DNA of 64,000 nt, from positions 3,168,001-3,232,000 of the forward strand of contig OX638340.1 in the NCBI GenBank assembly GCA_951812955.1, read 5' to 3'. Positions 19,121-27,822 of the stretch are shown in pieces. Both the position numbers and the translations under genes were made by a program. A model generated the notes under the pieces. It searched no databases, was not told the DNA's origin, and saw nothing but the letters and a program-made list of their open reading frames with translations. Each line of letters starts with the position of its first letter. The first letter of the stretch is position 1. Origin of the DNA: an uncultured Gemmatimonadota bacterium. GTDB taxonomy: Bacteria; JAAXHH01.

Positions 19121-19542
19121 TGGCCACTGTGATCGATGCTTCGGTGATGGTAGCCTTCCTGTTACGCAACGAAGATAATAGTCGTTACGCACGACGAATA
19201 GTCGAAAGACTTGATAGGGAAGAACTGATCGTGCCGAGGATTTTCTGGTATGAAGTTCGTAATGTTCTATTGAAGGCGAAACGGAACAATCGAATTGGGC
19301 AACAGGATTTTGAAGATTGCCTGATTCAACTCACGGATGAGATTTCACCGACAGAGGATGACAGAAACGACGAAGATAGGACGTTGGACCTCGCACTACG
19401 TCATAACCTTACGGTATATGACGCAAGCTATCTCGAGACGGCCATCAGACGCAAAGCTAGCTTGGCGACCTTCGATCGAAACCTCGCGGATGCGGCCTCT
19501 AGCGAAAGAGTTGAGAATCCGGCAGTCGGTTTTAGCGCTTAG
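19120..19542 (+). CDS. vapC: PIN-domain ribonuclease, VapC-family toxin-like, with no VapB gene called on either side (see findings).
   Basis: The protein is MATVIDASVMVAFL...YEVRNVL...YDASYLETAI...ATFDRNL. It has the four conserved acidic positions of a PIN fold. Its ATG overlaps the res TGA (TGATG). Confidence 0.85.
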   Translation: MATVIDASVMVAFLLRNEDNSRYARRIVERLDREELIVPRIFWYEVRNVLLKAKRNNRIGQQDFEDCLIQLTDEISPTEDDRNDEDRTLDLALRHNLTVYDASYLETAIRRKASLATFDRNLADAASSERVENPAVGFSA

Positions 19543-20244
19543 GGCGGATGCATTCCCCAGAAAAGAAGAACGTGTCTTCCGCGCTGGTGCTGAATTCAGG
19601 ATCGCGGGAGAATCCAAAGGATGGGAAAGGGATACTGCCAGCAGAATTGCGACAGGGTAGGTATGGCAACAGGCCGAGTTCCACCGCTAATATGGAGCCA
19701 CGCCCGGAGAATGGCTTGCACACCTTTGTGAAGTTGTAGCGGTCAGTTTATGCGATGTGAACCAGCGCGGTGGATGTACTTCAGGCTAGATTATCACTGC
19801 GCGTTTATGGCGGAGGGTGGCGTTCCGGGCACGTAACCGAGTCTCTGGTAATGCCGCAAGGCGCAAGACGGGGTCCTGAAGGCCTTCCCAAGCGGGGTTC
19901 GGTGCGGATTGAAGAGGTGACTCCGGACCTGCATCAAGTTGATCCACAATCCCAACACTGGTGAATTACCCGTCCTCGGTAGCGCACCTTGGTTTTTGTG
20001 TAGCAGTTCAATTGGGAATGCTGACCTTCACTTTGTCGCTGTGCCCCTTATCTCCTCGGGCAGATCTTCAAGCGATTTGTGGTTGGAGGTCGCGAAGGGT
20101 TGACTATCTGATTCTTATCACTAACCACCGCTTCTAAACACCGTTCACCCTGTTCATAACTCAAATGTAGTCTGCAAAACGCCAGGTACGTCGCAAGACT
20201 TCAGAAACTGTTACAGAATCCGGAACAAAAAAGGGTCACCTCCC

Positions 20245-22719
20245 ATGCCGAACTACCTTCCCCTCGACCTGTCCGCCCAGTGCAACTCCGGTCTCGAAGT
20301 CCTGATGGAAAAACCCAATGCGCCCATTGGCGAACAAACCTTCCGCGGCCTGCCATTCAGGGTCGGCGAAGACCCGGCGAAGTGTTTCATCGCACTGGAA
20401 GGCGCCACGGACGGCGTCACCGTACCGATCAACAGCCCGGCCACAGGCGTGATCCTGGCCCATCGCCTGCTGGAATCCGACCTGATGGAAGGCGGCCCGC
20501 TGGGGAAACCGGTGGCGGATTACGTGTTCCGCATGGCGGGAGGTGAGAAGATCCGCGTACCCATCCGCGAGCGGTTCGAAATCGCCCATATCTCTCTGGG
20601 CGGAAAGCCTTTCGTCGCGCTTCCGGACTCCGGTCAAGTAAAGATGCGGCGCCACAGCGGGACGTGGGGCGACGCGGGACGGCGTCAGACGGAAGTTACG
20701 GGCGACTATTCCAGGGGATACTTCCTCTGGGCCTGGCGAAACCCCCATCCCGACCGGGCGATCGAATCGCTGGAAGTCATTCCAAAGGGTCCACGGTTCA
20801 TCATCGCCGGACTTACGGTTTCCCAGGCGAATGAACATCCCTTCGTCCGCCAGGGGAAACGGGAAGCGCGCCTGACCCTGACCGATCCGGAAGACGCCGA
20901 GAAGCCCTTCGATCTGAGCGTAAACGTGGACCGGGGAATCGCCTCCTACGTCCATCCCCTGCCCGAGGCTTCGGCCGATGATTTCGTCGAAGATGATTTC
21001 GCCGGGTGGGGCGAGACGCAGAACCCGAAGTCGAGCCCGGCGTACGTCGAGGTCGCCGCGATCCCTTCGGCCACGGTGACGGTGAAGCAGGGCGAGGAAA
21101 AGGTGGGCGAGGTCAGGTGGGGCGACGTCGAGCAGAAGAAGGTCGTCGAGACGCCTCGCATGAAGGTGGAACTCCTGGACCGGGGCCGGAACTGGGTGAA
21201 TGTCACGGTTCTCGACGACGATACGGGAAGGCCGGTTCCGTGCCGCGTCCACTTCCGCTCGCCGGAAGGCATTCCCTACCAGCCCTACGGCCACCACAAC
21301 CAGGTCAACTCCAATCTGGACACCTGGCATGTCGACATCGGCGGAGACCTCCGGCTCGGACAGATCACCTACGCATACATCGACGGCAAGTGCCAGGGAT
21401 GGCTGCCCCGCGGCGAGGTGATCGTGGACGTGGCGCGGGGTTTCGAGTACGAGCCGCTGCGGACCCGGGTGAAGATCGAACCCGGTCAGCAAGATCTGAC
21501 CCTGCGGCTCAAACGTTGGGTAAACATGAACGCGCAGGGGTGGTACAGCGGGGATTCCCACGTCCACTTCCTCTCCACGCAGGGCAGCCACACGGAATCC
21601 CAGGGGGAGGACCTGAACATCGTGAACCTGCTCCCGTCGCAGTGGGGCAATCTCTTCACGAATACGGAGGATTTCACGGGCCGGCCGAGTATCTCGCAGG
21701 ACGGGAACAACATCGTCTACGTCGGCCAGGAAAACCGCCAGCACTTCCTGGGACACCTCATTCTCTGGGGCCTGAAGGAGCCGGTCATGCCCTGGTGCAG
21801 CGACGGTCCGGGCGAGGCGGAACTGGGCGGTACGCTGGAAATCACGATGAGCGACTGGGCGGACCAGTGCCACGCGCAGGGCGGTTCGGTCATTATCCCC
21901 CATCTCCCGAATCCGAACGGCGAGCCCGCGGCACTGATCGCCACGGGCCGCGCGGACGGCGTGGAGATGCTACGGCACCAGCCCTTCAACCACATCGAAT
22001 ACTACCGCTATCTTAACTGCGGATATAAGCTGCCGCTGGTGGGCGGGACGGACAAGATGAGCAGCGACGTGCCCGTCGGGCTATACCGCACCTACGCCTA
22101 CATGCCCGACCAGGACTTCACCTACGACAACTGGTGCGACGCCGTGTCCAAGGGCCGGACGTTCCACAGCGGCGGTCCGATCATCCACCTCTCCGTGGAC
22201 GGGCACGACGTCGGTGATACCGTGCAGGTGTCGAGGCCCGGAACGGTGGAGGTCCAGGCGTGGTCGGAGAGCATCTTCCCGATCCATACCCTGGAGATCG
22301 TCCAGGGCGGGCGGGTCGTGGCCTCCACGGAAGACCGCAACGGCGCTCGCCGACTGGAACTGAAGGCGCGGGTGAAGGTGGAGGGGCATACCTGGCTGGC
22401 CGCGCGGTGCGCGGGTCCCGACTATTCGAGCGTGCCCCATCACGACGGCTGGGGACGGGGGATCTTCGCCCACACCTCGCCGATCTACATCGCCTGCGGG
22501 GGCGAGTGGTGGATGTTCGACAAGGATGCCGCCCAATACATGCTCACCCTCATCGACGGCGACCTGCAGTACATCCGCCGCACCGCGGCGAGGCACGAGC
22601 CCGGCACGGCCACCCATCATCACGGCGAGGAAGATCATCTCGCCTACCTGGAGAGACCGTTTGTCGAGGCCAGGGAGGCGATTCACAAAAGGATGCACCA
22701 GTTGGGGATACCGCACTGA
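20245..22719 (+). CDS. Hypothetical 824-aa protein with a PHP-like (CehA/McbA-type) metallohydrolase motif.
   Basis: The motif WYSGDSHVHFLSTQGSHTE resembles the PHP/CehA GDxHxH signature. The gene returns to high GC, so it is core-like. The long antisense ORF 20236-21903 is a shadow. Confidence 0.5.
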   Translation: MPNYLPLDLSAQCNSGLEVLMEKPNAPIGEQTFRGLPFRVGEDPAKCFIALEGATDGVTVPINSPATGVILAHRLLESDLMEGGPLGKPVADYVFRMAGGEKIRVPIRERFEIAHISLGGKPFVALPDSGQVKMRRHSGTWGDAGRRQTEVTGDYSRGYFLWAWRNPHPDRAIESLEVIPKGPRFIIAGLTVSQANEHPFVRQGKREARLTLTDPEDAEKPFDLSVNVDRGIASYVHPLPEASADDFVEDDFAGWGETQNPKSSPAYVEVAAIPSATVTVKQGEEKVGEVRWGDVEQKKVVETPRMKVELLDRGRNWVNVTVLDDDTGRPVPCRVHFRSPEGIPYQPYGHHNQVNSNLDTWHVDIGGDLRLGQITYAYIDGKCQGWLPRGEVIVDVARGFEYEPLRTRVKIEPGQQDLTLRLKRWVNMNAQGWYSGDSHVHFLSTQGSHTESQGEDLNIVNLLPSQWGNLFTNTEDFTGRPSISQDGNNIVYVGQENRQHFLGHLILWGLKEPVMPWCSDGPGEAELGGTLEITMSDWADQCHAQGGSVIIPHLPNPNGEPAALIATGRADGVEMLRHQPFNHIEYYRYLNCGYKLPLVGGTDKMSSDVPVGLYRTYAYMPDQDFTYDNWCDAVSKGRTFHSGGPIIHLSVDGHDVGDTVQVSRPGTVEVQAWSESIFPIHTLEIVQGGRVVASTEDRNGARRLELKARVKVEGHTWLAARCAGPDYSSVPHHDGWGRGIFAHTSPIYIACGGEWWMFDKDAAQYMLTLIDGDLQYIRRTAARHEPGTATHHHGEEDHLAYLERPFVEAREAIHKRMHQLGIPH

Positions 22720-22760
22720 CGCAAAAAAGACGGTATGCGCGAAACAAGGAGGAGAACTTC

Positions 22761-23648
22761 ATGGGTACCAAACGAGAAGTACGTATCGGTTGCGTACAGA
22801 TACCTGCATCGGAAACCTTCGACGAGGCTATCGAGATCGCCTGCCGTCTTGCGGGAAGAGTGGTGGAAGATGGCGCTGAACTGGTGTGCCTGCCCGAGTA
22901 TTGCGGCGGGCTGATGACCGACCGGGGAGCGCTGAAGCCCCCGGCGGCGCCGGAGGCGAGCCACCCCGTGCTTGCGGCCCTGCGGGAATTCACCCGCGAC
23001 GCCGGCGTGTGGACGCTTATCGGATCCGTGGCGGTGGAAGGACTCGATGGCCGACTCATCAACCGCGGTTACCTGGTGGACGACCAGGGGGAAATCCGTG
23101 CGCGCTATGACAAGATCCATATGTTCGACGTCGATTTCTCGGCGACCGAGAAATACCGTGAGTCAGACGTTATCTCCCCTGGCGACACGGCCGTGGTCGC
23201 CGATACGCCCTGGGGCCGGCTGGGCATGACCACCTGCTATGATCTCCGCTTTCCCCATCTCTACCGGTCACTGGCCCAGGCCGGCGCCGAGATGCTCGCC
23301 GTACCGGCGGCGTTCACGAAGACGTCGGGACAGGCCCACTGGCACGTGCTGAACCGCGCGCGGGCCATCGAGAACGGCGCCGTGGTGGTCTCTCCCTGTG
23401 CGACGGGTTCGATACCGGGCGGCGGCGAGGTCTACGGCCATTCGCTCATCATATCGCCCTGGGGCGAGGTCCTGGCCGATGGCGGCGAAGAGGTGGGTGT
23501 CATTGTCGCGACGGTGAACATGGACAGTGTCGCCAGCGCCCGCAACCGCGTGCCGAGTCTACAACACGACCGCCCGTTCAACCTGCAAGCGAAATCCGGG
23601 ACGGACCTGCAGACGAAATCCGGGACGGACCGCCGATCGGTGGCCTGA
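22761..23648 (+). CDS. Carbon-nitrogen hydrolase (nitrilase superfamily).
   Basis: An RBS AAGGAGGA precedes ATG 22761. Catalytic-triad context includes E in LVCLPEY, K in YDKIHMF and C in TTCYDLRFP. The C-terminal tail contains a short repeat, KSGTDLQTKSGTD. Confidence 0.85.
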   Translation: MGTKREVRIGCVQIPASETFDEAIEIACRLAGRVVEDGAELVCLPEYCGGLMTDRGALKPPAAPEASHPVLAALREFTRDAGVWTLIGSVAVEGLDGRLINRGYLVDDQGEIRARYDKIHMFDVDFSATEKYRESDVISPGDTAVVADTPWGRLGMTTCYDLRFPHLYRSLAQAGAEMLAVPAAFTKTSGQAHWHVLNRARAIENGAVVVSPCATGSIPGGGEVYGHSLIISPWGEVLADGGEEVGVIVATVNMDSVASARNRVPSLQHDRPFNLQAKSGTDLQTKSGTDRRSVA

Positions 23649-23774
23649 GCCGGCCTTGTGGTCCATCCTCACATATGAGACGGCAGGTCGCGGTGCGGTA
23701 GCGCCAGGGCGCGGTGGCCGTAACAGGATCCGTTATGTATCGCGTTCTGTCCAATTCTATGTACTGATAATCTC

Positions 23775-24287
23775 TTGGAGCACTTTCCAGTGAAAGATCT
23801 CATCCTGGTACGGCACGCCAAGTCGAGCTGGAGGGACCCATCCCTCGATGACCATAGTCGGCCGCTCAACAAGCGCGGGAAGCGGGACGCCCCCGAGATG
23901 GGCGTCCGGCTGGCGCGTCGTGGGTATGCTCCCGACCTGCTCATTTCGAGTTCCGCTGTCCGTGCCCTGGAGACGGCGAGGACGATTGCGGAGAAACTCG
24001 ATTATCCGCAATCGCGGATCCGGGTGGAGAAGCTGCTCTATCTGGCGGGCGTCGACGTATTGCTCGAAGTGGTTCGCGGCGTGGCCTCGACAGTCGAAAC
24101 CCTTATACTGTTCGGGCACAACCCGGGATTTACGGATTTATCGAACCTGCTCGGACCCCGCGACATCTTCAACATGCCCACCTGCGGCGTGTTGCATCTG
24201 CGGTTTGACACTGCAACCTGGAATGCGATCGGCCAGGTTGCCGGCGAAGAGGTGCTCTACGACTTCCCCAAGAGGGTTCAAAAATAG
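23775..24287 (+). CDS. sixA: Histidine phosphatase family protein (SixA-like phosphohistidine phosphatase).
   Basis: It has LILVRHAKSSWRD (the RHG-type motif) and LFGHNPG. The true start is probably GTG 23790 (VKDLILV...). Confidence 0.75.
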   Translation: MEHFPVKDLILVRHAKSSWRDPSLDDHSRPLNKRGKRDAPEMGVRLARRGYAPDLLISSSAVRALETARTIAEKLDYPQSRIRVEKLLYLAGVDVLLEVVRGVASTVETLILFGHNPGFTDLSNLLGPRDIFNMPTCGVLHLRFDTATWNAIGQVAGEEVLYDFPKRVQK

Positions 24288-24355
24288 ATCGCTCGCCGCA
24301 CGCGCGCACCGGCCTGTAGGTAATATCTACGTGGTAAGCAGGAGGAATCGAATTT

Positions 24356-25015
24356 ATGGAAACGAAGGAATTGAAGTTCACCGCGACGGTGGAAAAAGGC
24401 GAGGTATCGGCCTTGTTTGCCGATCCCGGCGACGCGAAAGCACTACTCGTGCTCGGCCACGGGTCGGGTACGAATATGCGGCACAGCTTCATGCAGGAGC
24501 TGAGCGACGCGTTGAACGGTGCGGGGATCGCCACTTTCCGGTTCAATTACCCCTATTCCGAGAAGGGTGGCGGCGGCATGGACGGCGAGAAGGTTCGTCT
24601 GGCCACGGTGCGGGCCGCTGTCGAGACGGCGGCGGAGCACGGTGACGGATTACCCCTTTTCGCGGGCGGACATTCCATGAGCGGCCGCATGTTCTCGATG
24701 GCCTGCGCCAACGCGCCCATAGAAGGGCTGCGGGGGATCGTGTTCGTCGCGTTTCCGCTACACGCAGGCAAGCCGAATACGGAACGGGCCGAGCATCTCA
24801 AGGACGTGGACGTGCCCATGCTCTTCCTGTCGGGCCAGCGGGACAGGATGGCCGACCTCGCGTTGCTGGAACCGGTCGTAGAGGCCCTGGAAAACGCGAC
24901 CCTTCACGTCGTCGATACGGCGGATCACGGGTTCAAGGTGCTCAAGCGCCGGAATACCGATGAACCTGTCATGGAGGAGCTGGCCAGGGTGGCGGCCGAG
25001 TGGATGGTGAAGTAG
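24356..25015 (+). CDS. Alpha/beta hydrolase (dienelactone-hydrolase/TEX30-like).
   Basis: It contains LVLGHGSGTN, a nucleophile region GGHSMSG (GxSxG) and a C-terminal DTADHGF motif. Confidence 0.7.
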   Translation: METKELKFTATVEKGEVSALFADPGDAKALLVLGHGSGTNMRHSFMQELSDALNGAGIATFRFNYPYSEKGGGGMDGEKVRLATVRAAVETAAEHGDGLPLFAGGHSMSGRMFSMACANAPIEGLRGIVFVAFPLHAGKPNTERAEHLKDVDVPMLFLSGQRDRMADLALLEPVVEALENATLHVVDTADHGFKVLKRRNTDEPVMEELARVAAEWMVK

Positions 25016-25115
25016 AGGTGGCCCGTTCGGGGATGCCCTGCATCCCATACTGAGATCGTGAAAACGGTGTAGGATGGAAGTTCTTTTTCTGTTACAGTGT
25101 TAGGTCTTACAGACA

Positions 25116-25991
25116 ATGGATAAACGATTTTCAAACATAGATTTTCCAATGGCGCAGCTAGAGGATGAACTCGCCAGAGATCATGCTGTGTTCAAGGACT
25201 TGCTTTCAACTTCTATGGCGGAAATGGTAAACCAGAATCCGCAGCTTTTTTCGCTTAAAGTCAACAACATCAATAGCGTAAAGATTTACTTCGAGTTGGG
25301 ACGATCATTACCCAAAGGAGTATTATTGGATTTCCTTCTAAAACTTCAGCAACATGTAGAAGAAGAAATGTGTTCCTCTATAGCGACTCAAACTGGAAGA
25401 CCAATATCAATAGATGAGTTAAGCGGTGTTCTTACAGTTCCACAATCAGACTACCAAATACTGCGTGATTTGCAGGAGTATTATAAATCAAAGTTAGTTA
25501 AGAACATTCAAATTGGTATGTTGGGTATGATAAGCAGAAGTATCCCTGATACTCAACAAACACATCCTGATATTGAGATCGTTATCGACCTAAAAGATGT
25601 AGGAGGAACAAGGCGGTTTTTGTACGTCGAATCTCAGGGTAAAGTACAGAAAGATCTAGTGGTCAAGCTCACATCAGTGACCCTCGATACAAACGTTTTA
25701 ATGGAATGGTGGAAAGAGCAAAAAAAGGTAGAAGTAGTAGAGAATCTTCTGACAATGGGAGAGCAATTCGAAATTGATCTTGCGGTCACAAGTAGAATCC
25801 GCGATGACGTATTTCGTCCACCCCTGTCTGACAGGATTAATGAGCTACCCAGTCTGAATGTTCAAGAGATTGGGTCTGTTATACGAATCGGGCACTGGAA
25901 GGTAGGTGTAGACGCAGTGGGCGACACGGAGTTCAGGGAATTTGTAGATTCCAATGAAGTTCAACAGAAGATTAAATATTTGATAAAATGA
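25116..25991 (+). CDS. AT-rich-encoded hypothetical 291-aa protein; the C-terminal ~120 aa have a PIN-like signature (LDTNVLMEWW).
   Basis: GC drops sharply across 25.05-26.2 kb. The C-terminal third has DTNVL, then later acidic residues (RDDV, DAVGDTE) spaced as in PIN folds. The N-terminal 170 aa match no family I know. The stop overlaps the next gene in ATGA. Confidence 0.5.
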   Translation: MDKRFSNIDFPMAQLEDELARDHAVFKDLLSTSMAEMVNQNPQLFSLKVNNINSVKIYFELGRSLPKGVLLDFLLKLQQHVEEEMCSSIATQTGRPISIDELSGVLTVPQSDYQILRDLQEYYKSKLVKNIQIGMLGMISRSIPDTQQTHPDIEIVIDLKDVGGTRRFLYVESQGKVQKDLVVKLTSVTLDTNVLMEWWKEQKKVEVVENLLTMGEQFEIDLAVTSRIRDDVFRPPLSDRINELPSLNVQEIGSVIRIGHWKVGVDAVGDTEFREFVDSNEVQQKIKYLIK

Positions 25992-26188
25992 AGCGGATTA
26001 ATAACGAACCCGATTGGCGGGATTGGGATCATGTTCATACTCATTACAGGTATAGGAGGGACTTTTTTCTTACCTGGGATAAGGGGATCTTAGCGTTCGC
26101 GGAAGAGTTTGAGAGTAAAATGGGGATTCAAGTACTGAAACCTGAAGACTACCTTACAGAATCCAAGATACAATCTTCGGGATCATGA
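25988..26188 (+). CDS. Small hypothetical protein (66 aa), translationally coupled partner of the preceding gene.
   Basis: It has a 4-nt overlap (ATGA) with the upstream ORF. The protein is Trp/His/Arg-rich (MKRINNEPDWRDWDHVHTHYRYRRDFFLTWDKG...). I recognise no family. Confidence 0.45.
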   Translation: MKRINNEPDWRDWDHVHTHYRYRRDFFLTWDKGILAFAEEFESKMGIQVLKPEDYLTESKIQSSGS

Positions 26189-26211
26189 CCGACTTCGGTA
26201 GGAGTAATTAG

Positions 26212-27585
26212 GTGGACACATTGACGGTTATTCTCTTCATCGCACTACTGGTCAGCCTTGGTCTGATAGCCGTGCTACTGTTCTGGAGCCAGAAGGCTAA
26301 CGCGCGGATCAACACGTTGAGCAGCGACAAGTCGGGCATGGAGACCGAACTGGGCTTGGCGCACGAGCAACTGGCAGAAGTACGCGAGCAACTGGCCGAA
26401 ACGAGGAAATCACTCGAAGAGGCCCGCAGGTTGGAAGTCGATCGGGCAAAGCTGCAACAGCAGCTCGCAAACGCGGAAGAACGCATCGGCGATCGTGACG
26501 AGGTGGAGAAGCGGTTTAAGGATACGTTCAAAGCTTTGTCGTCGGAGGTCCTGAAATCGCAGCAAGAGTCGTTCAAGGAGAGCGCCGAGGAAACGTTGAA
26601 AGCCCGGCAGGAGGCGGTTGAGAAGCTGGTAAAACCGTTGTCGGAGAAGATCGAGACGCTGGACAAGGCGCGAGCTAAAAACGCTGGCGAATTCCAGACC
26701 CAGATTTCGAACCTCATGCGGACCAACAAGGAGTTGGCCGAAGAGGCCCAGGCGCTGTCAAACGCGCTGAAGCGGCCCGACGTTCGCGGAAAGTGGGGCG
26801 AGACCCAGCTCGAGCGTGTGCTTGAACTGTCCGGACTGCGGAAGGACATCGATTTCACGGTGCAGGACAGCTTCAATAACGACGGAGAGCGCATACGGAC
26901 CGACGTGATCGTCCATCTGCCGCAGGACCGGACGGTGATTCTCGATTCCAAGGTGTCGCTGGCCGCCCTGATGGAAGCCTTTGAGACGGACGATGATGAA
27001 GCCAGGTCGGCAGCCTTCGATCGCCACGTAAGCCAGGTTAAGACCCACGTCGACTCTCTCTCAAAAAAGGAATACTGGAACGTCCTGGCCTCTACCCCCG
27101 ACATGGTGGTGATGGTCATGCCCGAATTCGCCTTCCTTCCCGCCATCGAAAGGGAGCCCGGCCTGACCGAACGGGCGCTGGAGAAAAACGTGATCATCGT
27201 CACGCCCCCGGCCCTGCTGGCGCTGCTCAAGGCCGTGGAGATGTCCTGGCAGCAGATCCGGGTCGCGGAGACCGCGCGGGAGATCAGCGACCTGGGCAAG
27301 GAGATGTACGAGCGCCTCGCGGTGTTCGCGGGCCACTACGTCAACGTGGGCAATTCGCTTCGGCAGGCGATTGAGCGGTACAATCGAAGTGTCGGATCAT
27401 GGGATACCCGGGTCGCCACGTCCGCCATGCGGTTCCCCGAACTGAACGTCCCCGTCACGCGGGAACTGCCGGAAGTATCTCCTGTGGATGAGATTCCCCG
27501 TACGATCCAGAAACTGACGGACGGTAAGGTGGAAGAAGGCCAGGCTGAAGACGTGGACGGGCGCGTCGTTGATAACGATGGATAG
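26212..27585 (+). CDS. rmuC: DNA recombination protein RmuC.
   Basis: It has an N-terminal TM helix, a long coiled-coil, and then the RmuC core (ALKRPDVRGKWGETQLERVLE...IVHLPQDRTVILDSK...). Confidence 0.9.
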   Translation: MDTLTVILFIALLVSLGLIAVLLFWSQKANARINTLSSDKSGMETELGLAHEQLAEVREQLAETRKSLEEARRLEVDRAKLQQQLANAEERIGDRDEVEKRFKDTFKALSSEVLKSQQESFKESAEETLKARQEAVEKLVKPLSEKIETLDKARAKNAGEFQTQISNLMRTNKELAEEAQALSNALKRPDVRGKWGETQLERVLELSGLRKDIDFTVQDSFNNDGERIRTDVIVHLPQDRTVILDSKVSLAALMEAFETDDDEARSAAFDRHVSQVKTHVDSLSKKEYWNVLASTPDMVVMVMPEFAFLPAIEREPGLTERALEKNVIIVTPPALLALLKAVEMSWQQIRVAETAREISDLGKEMYERLAVFAGHYVNVGNSLRQAIERYNRSVGSWDTRVATSAMRFPELNVPVTRELPEVSPVDEIPRTIQKLTDGKVEEGQAEDVDGRVVDNDG

Positions 27586-27822
27586 TTGATCTCGCCAGGA
27601 ATCGATTTCGTCGTTTCCAGGAAAACGCGATGCCGTTCCCCCGCGAACTCCCAGGCACGTATCCACCGGACTCCGTCAACCCTTCTTCCACGCTTGAATG
27701 ATCCTCCCACCTGCTACCTTTCGCCCCACGATCAATTTAGCGTAACATTATATTGCTTTATATTAAATATAGCGTAATTTTTATTATAAAGAGCATTAAT
27801 TTACGCCAAAAGAGGTAGAATC

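Noticed and set aside
19800-19990. Possible cobalamin riboswitch or tRNA/tmRNA in the GC-rich non-coding stretch after the PIN gene.
   Set aside because: No B12-box (GCCACTG) is present. There is no GTTCGAATC-type T-loop and no tmRNA tag or CCA-proximal acceptor pairing. I kept only a generic candidate structured-RNA or remnant finding.}
20236-21903. A 555-aa minus-strand ORF, plus several 100-340-aa ORFs across 20.2-22.7 kb.
   Set aside because: They are shadow ORFs antisense or out-of-frame to the 824-aa PHP-like gene. Their translations are Arg/Pro/Gly-rich low-complexity sequence.}
23581-23631. A 23-bp tandem duplication at the 3' end of the nitrilase gene.
   Set aside because: It lies inside the coding tail, duplicating KSGTD(L/R)QT in a disordered C-terminus. 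It is likely a neutral slippage event with no evident function.}
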